In this document: one piece after another, positions 8,539 to 18,589 of the stretch
Position numbering within the stretch: the stretch's first letter is position 1
How the letters are laid out: the number at the start of each line of letters is the position of its first letter
Assembly: GCA_965206595.1 (NCBI GenBank)
Contig: OZ242214.1
Location: 2,272,001 to 2,336,000, forward strand
Direction of reading: 5' to 3'
Length of the DNA stretch: 64,000 nucleotides
DNA from: Candidatus Latescibacterota bacterium
Lineage (GTDB): Bacteria > Latescibacterota > UBA2968 > UBA8231
Notes under the pieces: generated by a model
Seen by the model: the letters and a program-made list of their open reading frames with translations, nothing else
What the model was told of the DNA's origin: nothing
Databases searched by the model: none
Position numbers and translations under genes: made by a program

Positions 8539-10845
8539 ATGAATTCCCTTTTGTGGAGATACACCCCAGCGACGATACGGGCCGCGGCGCTGCGGCCCCT
8601 GGTCCTCGCCGCCCTGGTTCTTCCGGCCGCGGCAGAAGCCCAGCACTCCGTCGCCCGCCTGTGGAACGAGGCGGCGCTGCATGCCGTCCGCAACGACTTC
8701 CCCAGGCCGACGGTGCACGCGCGCAACCTGTTTCACCTCGCCGTCGCCATGTACGACGCCTGGGCGGCGTACGACAACGACGCCCCGGCCTGGCTGCTGG
8801 GAAAGGAGGTCGGCGGTTTCCGCTGCGGGTTCGACGGGCTGGAGCCCCCGGCCGCCCTGCTGGCGGCGCGCCAGGAGGCGATCAGCTTCGCCGCCTACCG
8901 CCTGCTCATGCACCGCTACAAGGACTCCCCGCGCGCCGAAGAGACCCTGCCGCGGTTCGACACCATCTTCGCCAGCTACGGGTACGATCCGGGAATCACC
9001 TCGACCGACTACGCCGGCGGTTCCGCGGCCGCCCTGGGGAACTACATCGCCCGCTGCGTCATCGACTTCGGCCTGCAGGACGGGGCCAACGAGGAGAACG
9101 GGTACGCCAACCGCTACTACGAACCGGTCAATCCTCCCCTGTACGCCGCCCTGCGCGGCAACCGCGAAATACTCGATCCGAACCGCTGGCAGCCGCTCGT
9201 GGTCAAGGAGTTCATCGACCAGACCAACGTGGTGTACAACGGGGAACAGCCGGATTTCGACAGCCCGGAGTGGGGCCGGGTGACCCCCTTCGCCCTCGGC
9301 GCCGGGGAGTTGAACTTCAATGAGCGGGACGGAAACCAGTACTGGATCTACCACGATCCCGGTCCGCCCGTTCACGCCGATGCCGAGGGGGAAGCCCCCC
9401 TCGAAGAGGTGTACAAATGGTCGCATACCCTGCCGTTGCTCTGGTCGTCCCACCTCGATCCCGCCGATGGCGTCGAGATCGACATCTCTCCGGCCAGCCT
9501 CGGCAACTTCGATCTCGACGACTTCGGGACCATCGAGAACTTCCCGCGCACCATCGAAGGCCTGGGCGCCTTCTACAACCGCTTCGACGGCCGCGGGCCG
9601 GGCCGGGGGCGCGGCCTCAATCCGCATACCGGGGAGCCGTATCGACCGGTAATGGTCCCGAGGGGGGATTTCGCGCGCGTCGTCGCCGAGTTCTGGCCGG
9701 ACGGCCCCGGGGACGAAAGCGTTCCCGGGTACTGGTTCGTCCTCCTCAACAGCGTCGGCGACCACCCACTGTTCGAGAAGCGGTTCGCCGGCCGGGGACC
9801 GGTCCTCGACGGCCTCGAATGGGACGTGAGGGCCTACCTCACCCTTGGCGGAGCCCTGCACGACGCCGCCGTCGCCGCCTGGTCGATCAAGGGGTGGTAC
9901 GACTACATCCGGCCGATCGGGGCGATCCGCTGGATGGCGGAGAAGGGACAGAGCAGCGACCCCGGGCTGCCGAGGTACTCCCCCGACGGCCTGCCGCTCG
10001 TCGACGGTTTCATCGAGACCATCAGGGAGGGAGACCCGGTAGCCGAGGTCGCCGGGGACCCGAACTTCCACGTCGGCCGGGTCAAGGCGTACACCTGGAA
10101 GGGACCGGACTTCATAGACGACCCTGAAACCGATGCCGCGGGGGTGACCTGGATTCTGGCGGTCGCGTGGTGGACCTACCAGGCGGCCAACTACGTCACC
10201 CCGCCCAACGCCGGGTACGTGTCGGCGCCCGCGGCCTTCTCGCGCGCCGCCGCCGAGGTCATGACCCTGCTGACCGGGGACGAGTTCTTCCCCGGCGGCC
10301 TGGGGGAGTTCCGCGCCGAGAAGGACGAGTTCCTGCAGCTCGAGAACGGCCCGAGCGTCGACGTCACCCTGCAGTGGGCGACCTACCGGGACGCCGCGGA
10401 CCAGGCGAGCCTGGCGACCTTCTGGGCCGGCATCCAGTCGCCGATCGACGACATTCCCGGCCGGCTGATCGGCCGCCGGGTCGGCATCGACGCCTTCCAC
10501 CGCGCCGGGGAACTGTTCTCCAGACCGGGGACCGCGGTCGAAGAAACCGCGGCAGCGGCTCTGCCCGGCGTCTTGGCGCTGGCGCAGAACTTCCCCAACC
10601 CCTTCAACGCCGGCACGACGATCCGCTTCGACCTAGACCGGCCCGGGGAGATCGAGCTGTCGTTGTACGATCTGAACGGGCAACGGGTGGCCGCCCTGGC
10701 CCGCGGGTGGCGCCCTGCGGGCGGTTACGAGATCCGCTGGGACGCCCGCGACGAGCAGGGGTTCGGATTGGCGAGCGGGGTGTACGTGTACCGGCTGCGG
10801 GCAGGCGCGCGCTCCCACAGCCGCAAGCTGCTGCTGCTGCGGTAG
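8539..10845 (+). CDS. Secreted vanadium-haloperoxidase-like (PAP2 superfamily) protein with C-terminal FlgD-Ig/secretion domain; active-site residues altered
   Basis: Signal peptide; 'SVARLWNEAALHAVRNDFPRPTVHARNLFH', 'KGWYDYIRP', 'YVTPP.AGYVS'; C-terminal 'QNFPNPFN..T.IRF...ASGVY.YRL'. Confidence 0.8.
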   Translation: MNSLLWRYTPATIRAAALRPLVLAALVLPAAAEAQHSVARLWNEAALHAVRNDFPRPTVHARNLFHLAVAMYDAWAAYDNDAPAWLLGKEVGGFRCGFDGLEPPAALLAARQEAISFAAYRLLMHRYKDSPRAEETLPRFDTIFASYGYDPGITSTDYAGGSAAALGNYIARCVIDFGLQDGANEENGYANRYYEPVNPPLYAALRGNREILDPNRWQPLVVKEFIDQTNVVYNGEQPDFDSPEWGRVTPFALGAGELNFNERDGNQYWIYHDPGPPVHADAEGEAPLEEVYKWSHTLPLLWSSHLDPADGVEIDISPASLGNFDLDDFGTIENFPRTIEGLGAFYNRFDGRGPGRGRGLNPHTGEPYRPVMVPRGDFARVVAEFWPDGPGDESVPGYWFVLLNSVGDHPLFEKRFAGRGPVLDGLEWDVRAYLTLGGALHDAAVAAWSIKGWYDYIRPIGAIRWMAEKGQSSDPGLPRYSPDGLPLVDGFIETIREGDPVAEVAGDPNFHVGRVKAYTWKGPDFIDDPETDAAGVTWILAVAWWTYQAANYVTPPNAGYVSAPAAFSRAAAEVMTLLTGDEFFPGGLGEFRAEKDEFLQLENGPSVDVTLQWATYRDAADQASLATFWAGIQSPIDDIPGRLIGRRVGIDAFHRAGELFSRPGTAVEETAAAALPGVLALAQNFPNPFNAGTTIRFDLDRPGEIELSLYDLNGQRVAALARGWRPAGGYEIRWDARDEQGFGLASGVYVYRLRAGARSHSRKLLLLR

Positions 10846-10945
10846 CTGCCGGCGCTGGACCCGCGGCACCCCAGGTCCTGGCCGGCTACTTCCCTGGTTC
10901 CCTCGTGCGGGAACCCATCCTGCTGGCTGGTGAAAGGGCAGGTAT

Positions 10946-12295
10946 TCAATAGGCGACAGAAACAATGCCTCCGTGGGTCTCTCGTTCTGACTGCATGTCC
11001 GCCTCGATCCGGTACATATACAGTCCTGGCGGTACGAGAGCGTTCGAGTTGTCCCTCCCATCCCATTTGTGGGAATACTCCCCGAGCGGATTGCGACCGT
11101 CATAGACCCGCCTGATCAGGCGGCCGGAGAGATCGAATATTTCGACCGACACCGGCACCCCGGAAGTCACCCTGAGCAACTTGTAGGTAATGTTCACCAC
11201 ATCGTTGATCCCATCGCCGTTCGGGGTAAACTGATTCGACGAGGAACGCGGTGAAAACACCAGCGAGCTGCCAATGGACGTCCTCACGGACAAGCGCTCG
11301 CTTTCGACCTCATTGGTGGCATCGCCCGGCACGACTCGCTGGCGCACCTCGAACGGCCTGGACGTGTCGAACACCCTGCCGTCGAAGACGGTGCCCACCT
11401 CCCTGAGCACCGGCGCATGGAACACCACCTCCACCAGCGCGCCGCTGTCGACCGGTTCCAATCTGCGCGGGAAAAGGACCTCGAACCCCAGGCCGTCGTC
11501 GTTGATCGTCCAGGTGAAATCGCGGTGATCGACCGCGTCGATGCGCAGCGAATCGACGGACACCACTCCCGAGGGCGTCGAGATCTCTATCCCGTCGAAA
11601 CTCAGGTCGTCCGGCAGGATCCTCGGGTTGATGTAGTAGGTGAATTGCGTGGCTTGGCCGACCTCGGTCTCAATCGGGTAGATTTCCCCCAGCAGTTCGC
11701 GAACCAGGGGGGGTGAAGAGGCGCGGACTTCGATGTAGTCGATCTTTCCTCCGTCCTCGACCGTCGAGGTGAAATCGGCACTGATCTGGAAGTACTGTCG
11801 CGGGCCCGGGGAAACGATAGGGACACCGGGGTTCTCGAACGCGTACGGACTGGACCAGAAGCTCCAGTTCTCCGTGTCGGGACTCTCCCGGTTCACTTCC
11901 TGATTCGGCTTGAGAAGGTCGGAGAGCTTTGTGTACTAGTCGGCGATACCAATTACAAAATGCTCCAGAAAGTGGTCCGGCCTATCCGCCAAAGGGCGGA
12001 GTCTCACCTCCCTGATGAGAAATCGCCCGCCCAGATCGAAGGTTACTTTTTGTATCCAGGTTCTCCCCGTAAAACTCTCCGGTGCGATCGCCGGCCATGT
12101 ATGCGACGTGATCGGATCCTGATCGAGCAGCGCCAGTCCGACCAGCGTGTTCTCACCCGATGCGAATTCCTTTATCCATACTTTCCCGCCGCGCTTCACC
12201 AACGTTGCCGCAATATCCTCGTCCTCGTCGAAAAAATCCGGTTGCAGTGTTCCCGCCTGCAGGTTGTCGACCTCCACCTGATCCTCGAGCTGCAT
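10946..12295 (-). pseudogene. Remnant of a large secreted protein ending in a FlgD-Ig domain; in-frame TAG at 11936-11938, no N-terminal signal
   Basis: ORFs 11936..12295 and 10946..11896 are in the same frame (…IGIAD*YTKLSDLLKPNQEVNRESP…). C-terminal 'FTPNGDGIND…WDGRD…VPPGLY.YRI'. Confidence 0.7.
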
Positions 12296-12481
12296 GCCCA
12301 GGGGCCCCGGGGCGCACTGCCGTTACCCTCGCGAGGCAGGCGGGGGTTCCCCGCACCGGATTCACCCGGAAGCGCTGGATTTCACTTCCCCGCGTGGCTT
12401 CATTGGTTTTCGCGAACGGGCTGGCCACGGCCCGGGTTGTACTGAAACACCACATCCAAAACCCTCGGAAAGGAAGAGCCG

Positions 12482-12916
12482 ATGAATTTCTTGAGATCGC
12501 TCACCGTCCCTGAACACTCCCCATTCGCCGATTTCGCTCTCCTGCTGCTGAGGCTGGTCGCCGGCCTCGCCTTCGTCATTCACGGCTGGCCGAAGATCCA
12601 GAGCCCGTTCGGCTGGATGGGTCCCGACGCCTTCGCCCCCGGCCTGCTTCAGGCCCTGGCCGCCCTCTCCGAGTTCGGCGGCGGCATCGCCTGGATACTC
12701 GGCATGCTCATGCCCCTCGCCTCGCTTGGGATCGCCTGCACCATGGGGGTCGCCGTCTGCATGCACGTCTTCATGCGCGGGGACCCCTTCGTCTCCGCAG
12801 ACGGCTCCTCCTACGAGCTGGCCGCGGTCTACTTCTGCGTCTCCATCCTGCTGCTCGCGGCCGGACCGGGGCGGTTCTCCGCGGACGGTAAGATCTTCGG
12901 TCCGCGCCTGCCGTGA
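12482..12916 (+). CDS. DoxX-family membrane protein
   Basis: 'LLLRLVAGLAFVIHGWPKI', 'E.GGG', 'GPGRFSAD'; four hydrophobic helices. Confidence 0.92.
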   Translation: MNFLRSLTVPEHSPFADFALLLLRLVAGLAFVIHGWPKIQSPFGWMGPDAFAPGLLQALAALSEFGGGIAWILGMLMPLASLGIACTMGVAVCMHVFMRGDPFVSADGSSYELAAVYFCVSILLLAAGPGRFSADGKIFGPRLP

Positions 12917-12966
12917 TTCGAGCGGGGGACTCCGCCCGGCAAAGGCCCGGGGTTCCAGGAACGGAA

Positions 12967-15084
12967 ATGTGCGACTGCAAGGGGTATGGGCAGGATGCGG
13001 TTGAATCCGTGACACCGGAAGGAGACCGGACCCTCTTCCTCGAAGGGCCTGCCGGCGCCGGCAAGACGACGCTGGCCATTGAGCGCATTCAATCACTCAT
13101 CTCGAACGGTGTTTCCCCAGCCAGCATCCTGCTGCTGACCCCCCACCGCAGTTACACCCTCGCGTACGAAAAAGCCTTCGACCGGCCTTCGTGGTACGAG
13201 TTGGGCAAGGCGACGATGGGCGGCTTGGCGCGGCGCTACGTCTCGCTGTTCTGGCCGGAGGTCCTGGAGCATTCGAAGCATCCGTTCGCCCGGGGGCAGG
13301 AGCCGTCGTTTCTGACTTACGAGGTGGCGCAGTATTACATGGCGCGGCTGGTGTCGCCGCTGATCGAGCAGGGGTATTTCGCCGACCTGAAGTTGACGCG
13401 GAACCGGCTCTACAGTCAGCTCCTCGACAATCTCAACAAGGCGGCGGCCAACGACATCCCGATGAAATCGCTGACCGACTATCTGCGCGCCGCCCGGATC
13501 GGCGGGGAGCTCTCCGCGGGCAACGTCGAGGAGATCTCCAACACGGTCCTGGCCTACCGCGAGTTCTGCGCGCAGGGCAACCTGCTCGACTTCTCGCTCT
13601 GCCTGGAGCTGTTCCGGGACCTGATCCTGCAATCGCAACCGGCGCGGGACTATCTGTTTGTGCAGCACCTTCACCTGGTCTACGACAACTGCGAGGAGGA
13701 CATCCCCCTGGCGCACGATCTCGTGGCCTTCTGGCTCGGCCATGCGGACTCGCGCCTGGAGTCGGCGCTGATCGTCTACGACTCGGACGCCGGCTTCCGC
13801 AAGTTCCTGGCGGCCGACCCGAAGAGTGCCCACGCACTCAAACAGGTTTGCGAGGGGAGTCGTCTGATTGAAGAGAGTCCCCGGGTGCCGGCGCCGGTGC
13901 AGGCATTCGGGAGCAGACTCCGGGCGGCGATCGCCAACCGACCGGTAGAAGATGAGCCAGTTGGCGCCGATGGCCGCCGGCGCCTGCACATCTTCTCCGA
14001 TCGCCTGCATCACCAGATGGTGCAACGAGTCGCCGGCCAGGTCGGATCCCTTATCGAGAACGGCGCCGCCCCGGAGGAGATCGCCGTCATCAGTCCATTC
14101 CTGAGCGACAGCCTGTTCCACGCGCTGTCGACGCGGCTCGAAGCGGCGCAGATCGGCTACTACATGCACCGTCCATCGCGGACCTTGCGTGACGAGCCGG
14201 TCACCAAAGTGCTGCTGACGCTGGCCGCCCTCGCCCACCCGTCCTGGCGGCTGGAGCGGCCGTCGCGGGAGGCGGTGACGCACATGTTCGGCCGGCTGCT
14301 GGATGGGGCGGACCTGGTGCGGGCGGCGCTGCTGGCATCCGTCGTCTATGTGGCGGTGCACGAGGGGGTCGGGCTCAAACCGTTCGAGAGCGTCGCCTCC
14401 GGGGTGCGGGATCGGATCACCTACCGCGTGGGCGAAGGGTACGAAAGGCTGCGGGGCTGGCTGCTGGCCTACCAGGACGAGGATGGCCTGCCGGTCGACC
14501 TGTTCTTCAGCCGCCTGTTCGGCGAGCTGCTGAGCCAACCGGGTTTCGGATTCCACAGGGACGTGTCTGCGGGGATGAACGTGGCCAGCCTGGTCGAATC
14601 GGCGCAGAAGTTCCGGCGCGCTGTCGGTGAGGTGGTCGAGGAAGAGGGCGATGCGCTCGGCAAAGCCTACGTGGAGATGGTGGAGGAAGGCGTCGTATCC
14701 GCCTTCTACGAAATGGAGTGGTCCGATCCGTCGGCGTCGGTCCTGATCGCGCCGGCGCACACCTTCCTGCTGCGCAATCAGACCTGCGCGCATCAGCTGT
14801 GGCTCGACGTCGGCAGCCCGTCATGGCACAGGCGCATCCATCAGCCGCTGACGAATCCCTACGTGCTGAGCCGGGACTGGGATCCCCGGGAGGAATGGTC
14901 ATCGGCCTGGGAGACGAAGTTCGAGACGGAGCGGCTGACCTGCATCGTCGCCGGGTTGACCCGGCGTTGCACGGATTCGCTGTACCTGTTCGCCAGTGAG
15001 CTCAGCGCCCATGGACAGGAACAGGCGGGGGATCTGCTGGTGGCCCTGGGGCATGCGATGCGGGGGTTGGCGCTCGAGCCATGA
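12967..15084 (+). CDS. UvrD/AddB-like helicase-fold protein with degenerate motor motifs
   Basis: Walker A GPAGAGKT is intact, Walker B region reads VYDNCEED and motif VI reads AGLTRRC. Translationally coupled to the next helicase. Start codon uncertain. Confidence 0.72.
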   Translation: MCDCKGYGQDAVESVTPEGDRTLFLEGPAGAGKTTLAIERIQSLISNGVSPASILLLTPHRSYTLAYEKAFDRPSWYELGKATMGGLARRYVSLFWPEVLEHSKHPFARGQEPSFLTYEVAQYYMARLVSPLIEQGYFADLKLTRNRLYSQLLDNLNKAAANDIPMKSLTDYLRAARIGGELSAGNVEEISNTVLAYREFCAQGNLLDFSLCLELFRDLILQSQPARDYLFVQHLHLVYDNCEEDIPLAHDLVAFWLGHADSRLESALIVYDSDAGFRKFLAADPKSAHALKQVCEGSRLIEESPRVPAPVQAFGSRLRAAIANRPVEDEPVGADGRRRLHIFSDRLHHQMVQRVAGQVGSLIENGAAPEEIAVISPFLSDSLFHALSTRLEAAQIGYYMHRPSRTLRDEPVTKVLLTLAALAHPSWRLERPSREAVTHMFGRLLDGADLVRAALLASVVYVAVHEGVGLKPFESVASGVRDRITYRVGEGYERLRGWLLAYQDEDGLPVDLFFSRLFGELLSQPGFGFHRDVSAGMNVASLVESAQKFRRAVGEVVEEEGDALGKAYVEMVEEGVVSAFYEMEWSDPSASVLIAPAHTFLLRNQTCAHQLWLDVGSPSWHRRIHQPLTNPYVLSRDWDPREEWSSAWETKFETERLTCIVAGLTRRCTDSLYLFASELSAHGQEQAGDLLVALGHAMRGLALEP

Positions 15085-17330
15085 GCACGCGCCTTCGTCC
15101 CGCCCAAAAGGCCATTCTCGACTATGCCGGCGGCACCATGGGGGTCGCCGCGGTGCCGGGCAGCGGCAAAACCTGGACGCTGTCGCAGGTGGCAGTGTCC
15201 CTGATCGCCGGCGGGGCGCTGCAGGGCAAGCAGGAAGTCCTGATCGTGACGCTGGTGAATTCGGCCGTCGACAACTTCCGTCAGCGCATCGCCGGGTTTC
15301 TTACGGAGCGGGGGCTACTGCCGGGTCTGGGCTACCGGGTGCGCACCCTGCACAGTCTGGCGCACGAGATCGTTTCGCAGTCGCCGTCGCTCGTCGGATT
15401 GGATAGCGGTTTCTCCGTCGTCGACGAGCGCATCGCCGATTCCATTCTGCGCACGGCGTTCCGGGCTTCGTATCCGCGTTATCGCGAGGGGCTGGGGCGC
15501 TACCTGATCGAAGAGATGAACGACTACCGCCGGCGCAGGATCGTGGCGGATGACCTGCCGGAGCTGCTGCGGCAGGTGACGGACAACGCCATCCGGCATC
15601 TCAAGGGCCGCATGCAGCCGCCGCAGGCGGTACGCGGCCGGCTCACGGAGGAAAGCTCCCTGCTGATCAAGCTGGCGGTCGACGTGTACGAGCGCTACGA
15701 GCGCGGTCTGGCGGTGCGCGGCGCCCTCGACTTCGACGACCTGATTGCGGCGGCGATCCGGGCGCTGGACGCGGACCAGACGCTGGTCGAGGACTTGCGC
15801 CGGCGCTGGCCGTTCATCCTCGAGGACGAAGCCCAGGACAGCAGCACCCTGCAGGAGCAGATCCTGCGCAAGCTGATGGGTGGCAAAGGCAACTGGGTCC
15901 GCGTCGGCGATCCCAACCAGGCGATCTACGAGACCTTCACAACGGCGCATCCGAAGTACCTCCGCGCTTTTCTGGACGAGGCCGATGTCCGGCGCGACCT
16001 GCCGAATTCGGGGCGTTCGGGCCTGCCGGTCATCAGCCTGGCGAACGAGCTGATCCGCTGGGTGCGCGAGGATCATCCCGTCGAGGCGATGCGGGACGCC
16101 CTGGATCCGCCCTTCATCGAACCGGCGCCGCCGGGAGATCCGCAGCCGAATCCGCCGGCGGCGAGGTGCCGGGTGGCCTTCCAGTTCCTCCAAAAGCCGA
16201 ATGCCGAGCTCGATCGCGTGGTGGCCTCGGCCAGGAAATGGCTGCCCCAAAACGGGAATGCGACCGTCGCCCTGCTCGTGCCGACGAACGCGCGCGGGGC
16301 CGAGGCGATCGAGGCGCTGCGGGCGGCGCGGGTGCCGTGCACGGATGCCCTGTTGCGCCTGACGACGACGACGCGGGAGGCGGCCGGCGCCCTCAGTCTG
16401 ATTCTGCGGCATCTGGCGCATCCGGAAGTGCAGGGGACGCTGACCCAGGTCTACAGAGTCTGGTACACGCGCGTCCTGAAGGAGGCCGAAGCGGACGAGG
16501 GGCAGAAGCGGCTGCAGATGCATCTGGAGCTGCTGCGGCGCTGCGTGCTCAGCGAGGAGTTCGTGTGGCCGCTGGCTGGTGGGGAGGAGGCCGGGAACGC
16601 GGGGTTGGGCTCGGGCGAGATTCCGGCAAACGCGATCCCCTACTTCGAGCGCTTTCGCGACCAGCTGCAGCAATGGCAGGCGCTTGTGCTGCTGCCGATC
16701 GGCGAGCTGCTGACGGCGATCGCGCAGGATCTTTTCGAAGAGCCGGAGAAGCTGGCGATGACGCAGCTGTTCGCCGAGGCCCTGCAGGCGCGCTCGCAGT
16801 ACAACCTCGGCACCGAGAGCCGCTCGACTACCCTGGAGGAGATGGAGAACGAACTCGGCGTCATCGCCCGGGATCAGCGCCGCAACCTGCGCTCGATCGA
16901 AATCGACAAGACCGGCTTCGACCCCGAGACGCACAAGGGCGAGGTCGTGGTGGCGACCATGCACGCGGCCAAGGGCCTGGAGTGGGACCGGGTCTACCTG
17001 CTCGGTGTCAACGACTACGAATTCCCTGCCGGCGAGGCGACCGACCGCTTCCGGGCCGAACGCTGGTTCGTGCGCGACAACCTCAGTCTGGAGGCCGAGA
17101 CGCTGGCCCGGCTCGACGCGGCCATCGACGGGACCGACTACGAGGAAGGCGGGGCGACGCTGGCAGCGCGTCACGACTATGCGCGCGAACGCCTGCGACT
17201 GCTGTATGTCGGCATCACGCGTGCCCGGAAAGAACTGCTGGTGACCGGGAACGCCGGTCCGAAGGGAAGCAACAAGCCGGCGCTCGCCTGCCTGGCTTTG
17301 CGGGATTTTCTGGAGCAGGGCAATGGGTGA
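15081..17330 (+). CDS. UvrD/PcrA/AddA-like SF1A ATP-dependent DNA helicase
   Basis: AVPGSGKT, EDEAQD, GDPNQAIY, SGRS, TMHAAKGLEWD, RLLYVGITRA. No C-terminal nuclease domain. Confidence 0.9.
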   Translation: MSTRLRPAQKAILDYAGGTMGVAAVPGSGKTWTLSQVAVSLIAGGALQGKQEVLIVTLVNSAVDNFRQRIAGFLTERGLLPGLGYRVRTLHSLAHEIVSQSPSLVGLDSGFSVVDERIADSILRTAFRASYPRYREGLGRYLIEEMNDYRRRRIVADDLPELLRQVTDNAIRHLKGRMQPPQAVRGRLTEESSLLIKLAVDVYERYERGLAVRGALDFDDLIAAAIRALDADQTLVEDLRRRWPFILEDEAQDSSTLQEQILRKLMGGKGNWVRVGDPNQAIYETFTTAHPKYLRAFLDEADVRRDLPNSGRSGLPVISLANELIRWVREDHPVEAMRDALDPPFIEPAPPGDPQPNPPAARCRVAFQFLQKPNAELDRVVASARKWLPQNGNATVALLVPTNARGAEAIEALRAARVPCTDALLRLTTTTREAAGALSLILRHLAHPEVQGTLTQVYRVWYTRVLKEAEADEGQKRLQMHLELLRRCVLSEEFVWPLAGGEEAGNAGLGSGEIPANAIPYFERFRDQLQQWQALVLLPIGELLTAIAQDLFEEPEKLAMTQLFAEALQARSQYNLGTESRSTTLEEMENELGVIARDQRRNLRSIEIDKTGFDPETHKGEVVVATMHAAKGLEWDRVYLLGVNDYEFPAGEATDRFRAERWFVRDNLSLEAETLARLDAAIDGTDYEEGGATLAARHDYARERLRLLYVGITRARKELLVTGNAGPKGSNKPALACLALRDFLEQGNG

Positions 17331-17346
17331 TGGAGGAACACCCGTG

Positions 17347-17364
17347 ATATCGGATATATCGGAT
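17347..17364. repeat. Tandem 9-bp ATATCGGAT x2 (target-site duplication; third copy at 25195-25203)
   Basis: ATATCGGAT at 17347-17355, 17356-17364 and 25195-25203, abutting the IS4 inverted repeats. Confidence 0.9.
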
Positions 17365-17377
17365 CACTACTGTCCCG

Positions 17378-17797
17378 TTATAAGTCGAATAATTTCAACT
17401 GGTTACAAACCTTCTCCGGTTCGTTTTGGAGATGAGGTTTCGTAAGTACTTGTAAAATATCAACTTTCTCGAAAAGTGAAACGGTGAGAATTTGCAGGAT
17501 TTCGGAGAGACTGCGGTCGACCTGCAGGTGCTTTTTGACGATGGCCACCAGCACGTACATGCTGACGGCGATCCAGATCTGCGTCTGTACCGCATTCTCG
17601 GAGGTTCCGAAAAACGCCTTGATGCGCAGGTGCTGCTTGATCCACTTGAAGAACAGCTCCACCTGCCAGCGACATCGATACAACTGGGCAATGGTTAAAG
17701 AAGGCAGAAGAAATTGGTTGCTCAGGAAGACCAATCGTTTCCTCGTTTCGACGTCGAAGAAACTTATGCGGCGAAGCGCGTCGGGGTATTCTTTTGG
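17378..17797 (-). pseudogene. IS4-family transposase, C-terminal fragment
   Basis: 'KEYPDALRRISFFD…LVFLSN…IAQLYRCRWQVELFFKWIKQHL…GTSENAV' includes the YREK motif. Confidence 0.9.
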
Positions 17798-18171
17798 AAC
17801 TTATACAGGATGGTAGCCAACGGCCGGTTCTGAGGCTCCGGAGCCCCTCAGGGGCGCCGCCCGGGGGTTCCTGAGAGAAGGCACTGATGGACACCGCAAA
17901 AGAGGATCGGGAGGATTTAGAGGCTGACCTGCGAGAGTGGCAGATAATGCAGGAGTTTTCGCTGACCGAGAAAGATTTATTCCCCCCCTACAAGTCCATC
18001 GACCTTCTCCCGCAGATCGATGAGATTCTTCTTATTAGACTCCGCAAGAGCATAAACAAACTCAAACGACTTAACGACTTCATGCCGAAATTTATCAAGG
18101 AATAGTATGCGCTGTTCCAGTTCATTGATCCTGTCCTCCAAAATTTGGAACTTATACGGGATGGTAACCAA
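17793..18171. repeat. 28-bp direct repeat TTTGGAACTTATAC(A/G)GGATGGTA(G/A)CCAA at 17793-17820 and 18144-18171
   Basis: 26/28 identity. The first copy sits at the breakpoint of the IS4 transposase. Confidence 0.8.
17887..18105 (+). CDS. Small hypothetical protein (low-GC cargo)
   Basis: 72-aa ORF with a purine-rich upstream sequence. An antisense 64-aa coiled-coil-like ORF (17977..18171) is an alternative. Confidence 0.4.
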   Translation: MDTAKEDREDLEADLREWQIMQEFSLTEKDLFPPYKSIDLLPQIDEILLIRLRKSINKLKRLNDFMPKFIKE

Positions 18172-18589
18172 GGGATGAAAATTAGCCTTGGGCTGCGGTT
18201 TTGAGAGGTGGGGGGGCCGGAAGGCCCACCCGGGTTCGTCCCGAATGGGCCTTCGCTACATAAGAGCCAGTGACTCTTCATATCGACGGGCTCTGCATGC
18301 GCATCACCCCCCTTCGAGTGTCGGCTACCTGCCTGTAGCCGACACTCAACATACGGAACCAGAGAAGGGGGCGCCGTTCTCGACTCCAGCCGGCCATGAG
18401 AACGGCAACCCCTCCCGGATTGATTGTCACACCTGGGTGCATGCGGGTCACCCGCGAGAGACTCCAAGCTCAAGGGGTCGCCCTCCAGGCTGGCCAAGAC
18501 AGTCAACCCTAACTCTATATGAGTTCCTGAAAAAAGGTCCGCCGTGAACCACGGGCCCCCCTCATGACCTTCCATGAAGGAGAAGCAAT

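Noticed and set aside
11936-11938. In-frame TAG as possible pyrrolysine or stop-codon recoding
   Set aside because: TAG terminates many ordinary genes in this window, no pyl genes are seen, and the gene is also 5'-truncated.
17793-18171. 28-bp repeats as a CRISPR mini-array or XerC/D dif sites
   Set aside because: Only two copies, 351 bp apart, and the arms lack the ATAA-N6-TTAT dif core. Kept only as an unexplained repeat.
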